DNA of 43,635 bases from a virus. Taxonomy: Duplodnaviria > Caudoviricetes. The notes below the pieces were generated by a model, which did no database searches, was not told the origin of the DNA, and worked only from the letters and a program-made list of their open reading frames with translations. The translations under genes and the position numbers were made by a program. The DNA lies in the IMG/VR virus record IMGVR_UViG_3300010052_000146, positions 1-43,635 of that record, one strand, 5' to 3'. Positions 35,961 to 43,635 of this stretch are shown piece after piece (the first letter of the stretch is position 1; each line of letters begins with the position of its first letter).

Positions 35961-36632
35961 ATGCGTCTCCGCATTCTGGGCGCGTGCGCCTGTGCGTTCG
36001 CGCTGATCTCCGCCACCTCCCTGGCCGCTGAGCGCTCGGTGGGCGATGCGCGCGCCGCCCGAACCTACATCGAGGTTGTCACGGTCGATCCGCTGACGGG
36101 CCTGCCCCAGTCCGGTGGCGGGACCGGGGGTGGCGGCGCGGCCACGATCGCGGACGGTGCGGACGTCGCGACCGGCGGGAAGCTCGATAATGCTTGGAGC
36201 GGAACCGGGTCCGGCTCGGTCATCGCCATCCTGAAGTCGATCCGGGCGCTGGACGCGTCGATCGACGCGAAGCTGGGCGCGGCTCTGCCCCGCACCCTGT
36301 CCACGCCGTACTTCAACGCGGCGCTGGCGGCGACGCCGCAGCTCGTCAGCGTCGGGCCGCGGGTGCTGGCCGACTACTACCTGGAGAACCCGGACGTCGG
36401 CTCTCGCGCGTGCCTCCAGGTCTTCAACGCCGCCTCGGCCGGGGCGGTGACGGTGGGCACGACGACGCCCGTTCGGGCGATCTGCCTGGGGCCTGAAGAG
36501 CGGGCGAACATCAGCGCCCTTCGCCTCGACTTCGCCGCCGGCATCGTGATCGCCGCGACCTCGACTCCGACCGGGTCGGGCGCGCCGGCCACGGCCCTGG
36601 TGGTCAACCTGGGGACGGAGCCGCGCCAATGA
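35961..36632 (+). CDS. Hypothetical protein with signal-peptide-like N-terminus
   Basis: MRLRILGACACAFALISATSLA-AE; C-terminal beta domain LQVFN...TVGTTTP...F..GI..A.T. Confidence 0.7.
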   Translation: MRLRILGACACAFALISATSLAAERSVGDARAARTYIEVVTVDPLTGLPQSGGGTGGGGAATIADGADVATGGKLDNAWSGTGSGSVIAILKSIRALDASIDAKLGAALPRTLSTPYFNAALAATPQLVSVGPRVLADYYLENPDVGSRACLQVFNAASAGAVTVGTTTPVRAICLGPEERANISALRLDFAAGIVIAATSTPTGSGAPATALVVNLGTEPRQ

Positions 36633-38965
36633 GCCTGACCCTGACCGGCGCCAGCAAGAAGAAGCGGATGCGCGCGGCGCTGGCGATCGCAGTCGGAGTT
36701 TCCTGGCTCGCCCTGGACGCCTATCTCGGGCCGGTGCCGGCCGGCAACCTGGTCACGGTCAGCAACGTCACCGGCCTGCCGTTCGAGGTCTTGCCGGCGG
36801 GTGCGCCGATCTATCGCGGTCTGCTGGTCGGCCCCAGCCCGGGCTGGGACGGGACGGGCGGCCGAGGCTACGGCGGCGCCAATCCAGCCGCGCCGGTCGA
36901 TCCGGCTCGCGTCACAGCCAAGCCGGTCTGCCGGAATGTCGATGTGCCCGGTCAGTGGTTCGACGATGACCTGGTGCAGGGTTGCTACGCTGCCGCAGAG
37001 GGCGGGGTGCGGGTCTACTACTGGTCCGAGGGCACGCGGACCGAAGTTCCCCTCTCGACGCGGTTGTGGGCTGACGCGAACGGCAAGCGGCGGAAACTGA
37101 TCGCCTATTGGGTCACACACGATCACTCCGCCTACATCGCCCAAGTCCCGGCCGGCGGGGAAATCCAGTGCTACTGGGAGGTCGTACCGAACGATCCGAC
37201 CATGCAATCCATCGTGCGTCCGGTCGACAAGTTCTGGGCCAAGCCGGCCGGCCAGCTCTACGAGAACGACATTGCGTTCGGGACAGGCCTGCCCACGGTC
37301 GCGGGGGCGAGCTATCCGACCCTCTCGGCCGCCCTGCAATATGTTCGGTCGACCAGCAAGAACAACGTGCGCCTGACCTGCATGACGACCGGCCTCTATG
37401 ACATGGTTACGTCGAGCGGCACGCAGGGGTTCAATGGCGGCTTCGTCCATATCCGCTCGGCTCCTGGCGTCACCTGCACCATCGGCAAGTCGGTTGCGCC
37501 GGTCACCGATGGTGGGGTGAACATGAGACCGTCCCTGGACAGCCTCCACCTGATCGGAAGCGGCGTCGTCTTCGACTTCTCCTGGTCCGGCACGCTCTAT
37601 GCGGACCTGACGACCCGCTGGCATTGGCTCGATGGCTGCCGCGTGACGAACTCCCGCGGGGCCAACAGCTACTGGCTCAAGGGCGGCCGGCCGACCCTGT
37701 TCCGCACGGTTGCCCCTGTGGCCGGCGAGGGCGGTATCGCGCACTACTTCACCGAGGTTGATTGCGACAATCTCGCCCAGCCGTTCGTCAGCCAGGCGCT
37801 GGCGCGCAACTGCACCCTGACGAACACCCGGGCGGACATCTTCACCGGCATTCGCTGCGCGATCGGCAACACGATCACGAACTACAGCAACGCGTTCTGG
37901 ACCCAGGATGTCGTGGCTTTCACCGTGACCTATACCGGCCCAGCGGCCACCGCCACGATCGAGAAAATCGGGATCAACGGCTCGGTGGGGCCAATTCGCA
38001 TCACCGACGCCCTCAACGGCTCAAGGGACGTTGCTCTAGGGACCTCGGTCGCCAGCGCGAACTACAATGTCGCGGACGTAGTCGCGCAGATCAACGCGTA
38101 CGGGGGCGGCTGGTCGGCGACCCCCGGCGCCAACGCGGACTGGGACGATCGTCAAGCTTGCCGCCTGACGAAGGCTGGGAATGCGTCGAACTCCTTCGGC
38201 TCATTCGCGCCGATCTCGGTTAAGGACGCGGTCGTCACCCTAGTGACGGCGTTCGATATCCACGGCGACTTTTACCAGCAGGTCAGCGCGCAGCAGAACA
38301 TCGTCATCCTTGGCAACCGCGCCATCGGCTTCAACAACGCCCAGTTCGCGCTGTTCGACGGGTCGGGCAGCAAGGACATCTTGTTCGCCAACAACACGGT
38401 TATCGGCATCGACAACGTTGCGACCACCCAGGTTAGCGGCGTGCAGAGCAACCTTCGCATCCTGCACAACACCAATCCGACCTCGCCCTTCCTCATGCGC
38501 AGCGGCTTCAATCCGGACGCCTATTGTCGGATGGCGAACAACGTCTTCCGGTCACTGAGCTGGGAGGGCGCGCCCGACGCGGACATCAAGATCGCGGACA
38601 ATCACCTGTTGTTCGGAACCGTGCCGGCGCTGGCGACGGGCACGAGCATGGGGGGGACCGTCGCCACCCTATGGTTGGACGCTGCGAATGACGACTTCCG
38701 TCCGGTGGGCCTGCTGCTTTCCAACCAGGTGGCTCCCGTGATCGGGCATGACGAGCTGGGCGCCTACCGGCCAGCGCTGTGTCCTAAGGGCGCGCAAGGC
38801 GAGCGGTTCCTCGGCGGCCCGCTACCGAAGGATGTCGCGATGTCGCTGCTGGCGATCTCGCCGACCTTGCCCGGCGGATCGGCCGGTACTGCCGGGCTGC
38901 AATGGAAAAAGGCCCCGCTCGAAAGCGGAGCCTCTGCCACGTTGTTGCTGTCCTTCGCAGCCTAG
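36629..38965 (+). CDS. Right-handed beta-helix (pectin lyase-like) protein, putative tailspike/depolymerase
   Basis: Asn/Thr/Gly-rich parallel beta repeats, YPTLSAAL, IHGDFYQ, NIVILGN, ILFANNT, DDFRP. Confidence 0.7.
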   Translation: MSLTLTGASKKKRMRAALAIAVGVSWLALDAYLGPVPAGNLVTVSNVTGLPFEVLPAGAPIYRGLLVGPSPGWDGTGGRGYGGANPAAPVDPARVTAKPVCRNVDVPGQWFDDDLVQGCYAAAEGGVRVYYWSEGTRTEVPLSTRLWADANGKRRKLIAYWVTHDHSAYIAQVPAGGEIQCYWEVVPNDPTMQSIVRPVDKFWAKPAGQLYENDIAFGTGLPTVAGASYPTLSAALQYVRSTSKNNVRLTCMTTGLYDMVTSSGTQGFNGGFVHIRSAPGVTCTIGKSVAPVTDGGVNMRPSLDSLHLIGSGVVFDFSWSGTLYADLTTRWHWLDGCRVTNSRGANSYWLKGGRPTLFRTVAPVAGEGGIAHYFTEVDCDNLAQPFVSQALARNCTLTNTRADIFTGIRCAIGNTITNYSNAFWTQDVVAFTVTYTGPAATATIEKIGINGSVGPIRITDALNGSRDVALGTSVASANYNVADVVAQINAYGGGWSATPGANADWDDRQACRLTKAGNASNSFGSFAPISVKDAVVTLVTAFDIHGDFYQQVSAQQNIVILGNRAIGFNNAQFALFDGSGSKDILFANNTVIGIDNVATTQVSGVQSNLRILHNTNPTSPFLMRSGFNPDAYCRMANNVFRSLSWEGAPDADIKIADNHLLFGTVPALATGTSMGGTVATLWLDAANDDFRPVGLLLSNQVAPVIGHDELGAYRPALCPKGAQGERFLGGPLPKDVAMSLLAISPTLPGGSAGTAGLQWKKAPLESGASATLLLSFAA
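38906..38934 (-). terminator. Intrinsic terminator of the PEP-CTERM gene
   Basis: Minus strand AGGCTCCGCT-TTCG-AGCGGGGCC-TTTTT. Confidence 0.75.
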
Positions 38966-39537
38966 GCGGCGACGGTGGGGCTGCGCCGCCTGCGCAGCGC
39001 GGCCCCGGCCAAGCCAAATCCAGTGATCATCATTGCCCAGGTGCTGGGCTCCGGGACGCCGCCGGGCTCCATCGGTCCCTCGACATAGTCGAACACGATG
39101 TTGTCGATGTAGAAACCGCCGATCGCGCGCCAATCGCCTTGGCTGGAACTGACCTCGCGCGTCGTATAGTCCTGAACGATATGGGTCCACTCGCCGCCAG
39201 TGAGGTTGAAGACGTACTTGCCTTCGTCGAACACCCCCGGCTTGGCCCCAAGCGTCAGCACCGTGTCCACGACGGCGCGGACATCGAACGAGCGCAGGGT
39301 GTAGATCCGGCCGGAGTACGGTTCGAAGAAGAGCTGCCCCCAGGTCGGCGCAGGCATCGGGTAGTAGGACGGCACATACAGCGCGCCGCTTACGATTGAG
39401 CCTCCAGCGGCCGGGTCAAGGACGCCCCCGCCCGTGATGTCGTTCGTGTCGAACGTGATGGTCGTTGTGGCGGCCGAGGCGGACTCTGCCGCGGCGATGG
39501 TGACGGCCGCGACGGCGGCGGCGGCGAACATCTTCAT
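38962..39537 (-). CDS. PEPxxWA-CTERM exosortase-sorted surface protein (moron)
   Basis: Sec signal MKMFAAAAVAAVTIAAAESASA; C-terminal GGVPEPSTWAMMITGFGLAGAALRRRR. Confidence 0.93.
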   Translation of the reverse strand: MKMFAAAAVAAVTIAAAESASAATTTITFDTNDITGGGVLDPAAGGSIVSGALYVPSYYPMPAPTWGQLFFEPYSGRIYTLRSFDVRAVVDTVLTLGAKPGVFDEGKYVFNLTGGEWTHIVQDYTTREVSSSQGDWRAIGGFYIDNIVFDYVEGPMEPGGVPEPSTWAMMITGFGLAGAALRRRRSPTVAA

Positions 39538-39595
39538 AACTGATTAACCCTCCAACCAGGGCGTGCAGACGACTCCTCTGGGGTTGCTCTGTCAA
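39533..39595 (-). promoter_or_regulatory. Putative promoter/SD of PEP-CTERM gene
   Basis: Minus-strand TTGACA at 39590-39595; GGAGG SD; TTCA-N7-TTAAC at 39533-39548. Confidence 0.45.
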
Positions 39596-39660
39596 GGTTG
39601 TACTCGCGGCCGGTGAAATCACCCGCTGCGCCCGCTCCAAAATCGCGAAAGGAGGGCGCA

Positions 39661-40002
39661 ATGCCCTATCGAGATCCCGCCTGGTGGCGGGAGGTCGCCC
39701 CGGCGCTGGCCGGGGGGCTGATGTCGGCGCTGTTCGTCGCGTTCCTGGCGGCCGCGGCCCCCAGGCCCTGGCCGGCGGGCCACATCACCAAGGCCATCGT
39801 GGAGACGCTGGCGGCCTGGATCGTCGGGACGCTGGCGGCGATCTACATGGGGCCGCTCGTCGCCCAGCTCGCCCATCTGGAGGGCGCGGAGGCCATCGGC
39901 GGGGTCAAGGTGATCGTCGGCGTGGTTGGCTGGCGCGCCCTGCCGTTCCTGATGGACATGGCCCTGAAGGTCGCCCGCAGCCAGGCGGAGAAGGTCCAAT
40001 GA
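39661..40002 (+). CDS. Putative holin
   Basis: Three hydrophobic segments; AAAGGAGG SD; first gene of the lysis cassette. Confidence 0.7.
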   Translation: MPYRDPAWWREVAPALAGGLMSALFVAFLAAAAPRPWPAGHITKAIVETLAAWIVGTLAAIYMGPLVAQLAHLEGAEAIGGVKVIVGVVGWRALPFLMDMALKVARSQAEKVQ

Positions 40003-40280
40003 CCAGCTTCTCCGTCATCGCGATCGCGGCCTTGGCGGTCGTGGCGTTCGCGTCGGGCCTGCGGGCCTTGCTCCAGACGCCGCGCCTGCCGATCGCGCCC
40101 AATGCGCCGACAGCCGAGTGTCTGCTTTACGACCTGGTCGCTGGCTTCGCCGCCCTGCGGGCCTGGGTGATTTTCGAGCGCCAGCAGCCGGTCGGCTTCA
40201 CGGAAATGACCCTCATGGTCGTGTGGGCCGCTGCTGCGGCGCTGGGCCTCGCCAAGGTGCTGATCTATGCGCGCCGCTAG
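39999..40280 (+). CDS. Second small membrane protein (holin/antiholin-like)
   Basis: Three hydrophobic segments; coupled to holin and endolysin. Confidence 0.6.
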   Translation: MTSFSVIAIAALAVVAFASGLRALLQTPRLPIAPNAPTAECLLYDLVAGFAALRAWVIFERQQPVGFTEMTLMVVWAAAAALGLAKVLIYARR

Positions 40281-40887
40281 TCCCCTGATCACCGCCGCGC
40301 AGCTCCAGCGCTTCGCCCTGCGCTGCGATTTCATGGCCCTCGCGCCCGCCCTCGATGCGGCGTGCCGGCGGTTCGATATCACCACACCGAGTCGGCTGCG
40401 GCACTTCATGGGGCAGGTGCATCACGAGAGCATGGGTCTGACACGGCTCGAGGAAGCGCTGAGCTATAGCGCCGACCGGCTGTGCGAGGTCTGGCCGGCC
40501 AGGTTCCCCAACGCCGCGTCCGCTGCGCCTTTCGCGCGCAACCCCCGCGCCCTGGCGAACAAGGTCTATGGCGGACGCATGGGCAATGTCGGCCCGGACG
40601 ACGGCTGGCGCTATCGCGGCCGTGGCCTGCTGATGACCACGGGCCGCCAGAACTACGTCGAAGCCGGCGAGCTGATCGGCCTCGACCTGATCGCGCAGCC
40701 GGAGCTGCTGGGGCAGGCGAGGGCCGCGGCGCTCGCGGCGGCGGCGTTCTGGACGCTCAACGGCTGCAACGCCCTGGCCGACCGCGACGAGCTGGAGCTG
40801 GTGACGCGGCGCATCAATGGCGGGCTGAACGGTCTGGCCGACCGCCGTGTCCAGACGCAGCGCGCCGGGCTGATCTGGCGCGAGTGA
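40267..40887 (+). CDS. Endolysin, glycoside hydrolase family 19
   Basis: F.GQ..HES, LEE.L.Y, GN....DGWRYRGRGL...TG..NY, TRRINGG.NGL.DR. Confidence 0.93.
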   Translation: MRAASPLITAAQLQRFALRCDFMALAPALDAACRRFDITTPSRLRHFMGQVHHESMGLTRLEEALSYSADRLCEVWPARFPNAASAAPFARNPRALANKVYGGRMGNVGPDDGWRYRGRGLLMTTGRQNYVEAGELIGLDLIAQPELLGQARAAALAAAAFWTLNGCNALADRDELELVTRRINGGLNGLADRRVQTQRAGLIWRE

Positions 40888-40941
40888 CTTCCGCTCATCG
40901 GGCGCCCTGCCGGCGGGCCGCCGGACATCCATGAGGACGAT

Positions 40942-41181
40942 ATGAGACTGTCTGTAATCGCGGCGTGCTGCGCCGCGTTGAGCCTTGGCGCGTGTCAGTC
41001 GCCGGCCGGCCTGGTCGAGGGCGTGAAGGCGCTGAACGACGGCTGTGACCGCGAGGTCGAGGCGACGATGACGTTCGCCACGCCGATGCCGCCGAGCGGA
41101 TCGGTGAAGATCAGGAAGACCTGCAGAGCTGCCGGCGGCGTCCAGGCGGGCGCAGTCGTGCCGGTCGGGCCTTCGCCGTGA
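40942..41181 (+). CDS. Small lipoprotein (possible o-spanin)
   Basis: Lipobox LGAC after a hydrophobic leader; two further Cys; follows endolysin. Confidence 0.65.
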   Translation: MRLSVIAACCAALSLGACQSPAGLVEGVKALNDGCDREVEATMTFATPMPPSGSVKIRKTCRAAGGVQAGAVVPVGPSP

Positions 41182-41624
41182 GCAGCTTCACCGATGCCTG
41201 GTTCGAGCCGGTCTATCTTCCGAACGGCAAGCGCAAGACGCGTAACGGCCGGCCGGTCTTCGCCGTTCGGGGACCTGACGGCGACGGCTTCGTCTACGAG
41301 ATCGGCTTCAAGGGCTCGGGCCTCGGGATCAAGTGCCGCGAGGGCTATGAGACCGATCTTGCGAGCGATCCGACCGGAATCCTCGACCTGACCGGCGTGG
41401 CCGTCCAGGCGGCCGTCGAGTTCGCGCTGCACGATCTTGTGCGGGAGGATGGTCGGTTCTCAAAGCTGGCCGGCGACGCGATCTTGCTGATGGCCATGGA
41501 GTCGCGCGGCGTCGATCCGCTCGTGCGTGAGCTGATCTTCGCGGCGGTGCGGCTGAACAACAGCCGGACCCGGCACAATCCCGACGAGCTGGTGTTCGGG
41601 CCGGGGGTGATGCCGCCGTACTGA
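41178..41624 (+). CDS. DUF1353-like protein
   Basis: GYETDLAS.P and ALHD motifs. Confidence 0.7.
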   Translation: MSSFTDAWFEPVYLPNGKRKTRNGRPVFAVRGPDGDGFVYEIGFKGSGLGIKCREGYETDLASDPTGILDLTGVAVQAAVEFALHDLVREDGRFSKLAGDAILLMAMESRGVDPLVRELIFAAVRLNNSRTRHNPDELVFGPGVMPPY

Positions 41625-41734
41625 GTTGTCTATCGGGCGTAAACAACCCGCGCTGTGCTGAGGCTATCGAACACGCCTCCTACAAAGACCCGGCTTGGCG
41701 TCAACTCGACGTCGAACTGGAAAGGAGGTGTCCC

Positions 41735-41806
41735 ATAGAACCGTTTCTGATTATCGCGATGATCCTGGCGCTCTCGATCTTCGCGGCGACCTTGAAGTCG
41801 CTCTAA
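41735..41806 (+). CDS. 23-aa hydrophobic peptide, type I toxin-like (ATA at start position)
   Basis: AAAGGAGGTG SD then (M/I)EPFLIIAMILALSIFAATLKSL*; anti-SD upstream; terminator downstream. Confidence 0.5.
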   Translation: MEPFLIIAMILALSIFAATLKSL

Positions 41807-41812
41807 CAATTA

Positions 41813-41844
41813 GCCCCGCCGGTTCATGCCGGCGGGGCCTTTTC
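41813..41844 (+). terminator. Intrinsic terminator between late operon and convergent SRAP gene
   Basis: GCCCCGCCGG-TTCATG-CCGGCGGGGC-CTTTTC. Confidence 0.8.
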
Positions 41845-41852
41845 TGTTCGGA

Positions 41853-42515
41853 TCAGGCTGGGCGCGGTTCGGGAGGATCAAACGCCAGGAAGCCGGCCGG
41901 TGGTGACGTGAGGGCGTCCGCGACGTCAGCAGCCGGGTCCAGCCAAACGTCCACGCTATCGCCGTTCAGGAACACCGGCTGACGATTGTGGAACGGCTCC
42001 ATGTCATCGCCTGGGTGAACGCCCTGCATGACCATGGTGTAGCTCTCCACCGGCCCCTCGGGCAGATCGGCCCGTCCCCACAGGCCCGCGAGAAAGAGGG
42101 GGCCGCCGTTCGCCGCCGAGATCCGATGCTTGGTCATCGAGCCCTTGGGACCGGTGAATTCGCAGAACGATGTCGCCGGGATCACGCAGCGGCGGCGCTT
42201 GAAGGCGTCGCGAAACGACGCCTTTGTGGCCATCTCTTCAGAGCGGCAGTTGTTCGTCGCGGCCTTCCAGTCCTTGGCGGCGCCCTTGTGGAAGAACGGG
42301 ATCAGGCCCCAGCGGCCAACCGCCGGCTCCAGCGCGCCGCCCGGAATGGCTGGATCGGCAGGGCGGAAGAACAAGCCGTCATACTTGGGGTAGACGTCCT
42401 TGCGCCATGTGAGGTTCGAGGTGTCCGCCGGCATCAGCAGCACCCGGCCCAGGAACTTCTCGTGATCCTCGGCCCAGTCGATGAGGGCCTGTTCATTCTG
42501 GTAGTTGTTGCACAT
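41853..42515 (-). CDS. SOS response-associated peptidase (SRAP/YedK/HMCES family)
   Basis: N-terminal Cys2 (MCNNY), RWGLIP, NCRSE, F..RRCVIPA..F.E, AGLW, HNRQPV. Confidence 0.92.
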   Translation of the reverse strand: MCNNYQNEQALIDWAEDHEKFLGRVLLMPADTSNLTWRKDVYPKYDGLFFRPADPAIPGGALEPAVGRWGLIPFFHKGAAKDWKAATNNCRSEEMATKASFRDAFKRRRCVIPATSFCEFTGPKGSMTKHRISAANGGPLFLAGLWGRADLPEGPVESYTMVMQGVHPGDDMEPFHNRQPVFLNGDSVDVWLDPAADVADALTSPPAGFLAFDPPEPRPA

Positions 42516-42553
42516 GGGGCGCCTCCCAGGACGTGACCTTGCCTCGTCCTGCG

Positions 42554-43147
42554 TCAGGCGACCAGCCCGCGGTCGAGATCGCGGCGGCGCTGGGCCTCGG
42601 CCAGGCGCTCGTCCAGGGCCGTGCGCCAGGAGGGCGGCTTGCCGTTCGGGTCATGCCAGAGGAATTCGACGGTCCAACGGTCGCCGTGACATTTGCCGCA
42701 GTTCCCCTTGATCAGACGGCCAATATCCCTGATCGACGTAGAGGCGTCTCCACGGCCGGCCGCGCCGAGCTGGCGGGCGAGGGCGGCGACACTCGTCACC
42801 CGCGGCTCGCGGCAGCGGTCGCAGAATATCCGGGCGGCGACGTTTGGGCGCCCGACGAGCTGGCGCAGGGTGATGACCTGGCCGCCCCTGGGGGCGAACT
42901 GCATGCTGCACCCGCTGAGGTGATTGCAGCGGAACGTCTTGATCACGAGTGACATCTGGACGTCAGCCATGCCCTGTTTGATCAGGCGCGGAAATTCGAC
43001 GTAGTAGGTCCGCCGGCACTCCTGCGTCTGGCAGCGCCCGACCATCTCGGCATGCCGCTGCATGTAGCCGAAGACCGTCGTCACTTCCTCGATATAGCCG
43101 TTCGCGACCGTCCAGCCCTTCGGCGGAAAATGGCCATTGTCGTTCAT
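42554..43147 (-). CDS. Tandem zinc-ribbon-like hypothetical protein
   Basis: Four Cys pairs: CQTQEC/CNHLSGC and CDRC/CGKC. Confidence 0.7.
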   Translation of the reverse strand: MNDNGHFPPKGWTVANGYIEEVTTVFGYMQRHAEMVGRCQTQECRRTYYVEFPRLIKQGMADVQMSLVIKTFRCNHLSGCSMQFAPRGGQVITLRQLVGRPNVAARIFCDRCREPRVTSVAALARQLGAAGRGDASTSIRDIGRLIKGNCGKCHGDRWTVEFLWHDPNGKPPSWRTALDERLAEAQRRRDLDRGLVA

Positions 43148-43180
43148 GGCGGGGTCGTGGCCCGCGGGACGCGAGACATG

Positions 43181-43447
43181 TCATCTGGCCTGCTTTGGCC
43201 AGGCCAGGACCGCGCTGCCGGCGTAGCTGCCCAGCAGGACGCCTGAAAAATAGCAGCGGGCGCCCTTGGCGACCGCGGTGACCCAATAGGGCGCGTCCAA
43301 GTCATCGATCGGCGACTCAACCTCTTGCCAGCCCGATTCTGACGCCCGCAGCGCCATCTCCTTGATCCGGGCCTTGTCCCGTTCGCTGAACCCGAACCGC
43401 TCGAAATAGGCCGCGTGCTGGAGGTCCCTAGCCTGCGCTTGCGCCAT
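43181..43447 (-). CDS. Hypothetical protein
   Basis: 88-aa ORF in the same operon. Confidence 0.55.
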   Translation of the reverse strand: MAQAQARDLQHAAYFERFGFSERDKARIKEMALRASESGWQEVESPIDDLDAPYWVTAVAKGARCYFSGVLLGSYAGSAVLAWPKQAR

Positions 43448-43449
43448 GA

Positions 43450-43635
43450 TCAGCCATCCACAAGTTTGAACGCCGCCCGTCGCTCCGCTGCCGCCGCGCC
43501 GCGTCTCATGCGGGCCAGCATTTCGGGATCATCGAAAATTACGCGGTCCCCTGGTCCCACGCGTCCCATGATCATGCCTGGCTTCATGAGCCATTCGGCC
43601 GGCGCAGGCGCGCCGGGTCGGTCGTTGTCGTTCAT
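43450..43635 (-). CDS. Hypothetical protein
   Basis: 61-aa ORF at the window edge ending RRAAFKLVDG. Confidence 0.5.
   Translation of the reverse strand: MNDNDRPGAPAPAEWLMKPGMIMGRVGPGDRVIFDDPEMLARMRRGAAAAERRAAFKLVDG

Larger units (their letters stand above)
1..43635. mobile_element. Lambdoid temperate phage/prophage of an alphaproteobacterium
   Basis: Integration, immunity, replication, cos packaging, head, non-contractile tail and lysis modules all present. Confidence 0.95.

Noticed and set aside
41695-41982. 95-aa + strand ORF in the track
   Set aside because: Runs through the terminator into SRAP; the SD fits the 23-aa ORF in another frame
1-43635. CRISPR array, tRNA/rRNA, DGR/retron reverse transcriptase, invertase or IS
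   Set aside because: No spaced repeats, cloverleafs, RT motifs or second recombinase seen
1-43635. attL/attR and a canonical parS for the ParB fusion
   Set aside because: Window is trimmed to gene boundaries; no GTTTCACGTGAAAC-like palindrome noticed by eye

Overview
A GC-rich, apparently near-complete lambdoid (cos-type, siphovirus-like) temperate phage/prophage. The host is probably an alphaproteobacterium, most likely Caulobacteraceae; this is inferred from the Caulobacter-like MucR domain, a PEPxxWA-CTERM protein and the GC content. Order: integrase/excisionase and early-left genes (1-6925, minus); CI/Cro switch with GGAC-N5-GTCC operators; early-right genes with an adenine MTase, an inverted HicAB moron, primase, helicase and a GGAAC/GTTCC iteron origin; late regulator, terminator and cos; head genes; tail genes with a -1 frameshifted chaperone; fibre/beta-helix genes; a self-contained PEPxxWA-CTERM moron; lysis genes; a hidden type I toxin-like peptide; and an SRAP cassette. 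The window starts at the integrase stop and ends at an ATG, so att sites are not visible. Main highlights: an 869-aa HTH-ParB-KlcB-like-MucR fusion, the PEP-CTERM moron, the SD-occluded 23-aa peptide, symmetric nested antisense genes around the immunity region, and a 4x3 alternating iteron array. All family assignments come from motif recognition, not database searches.
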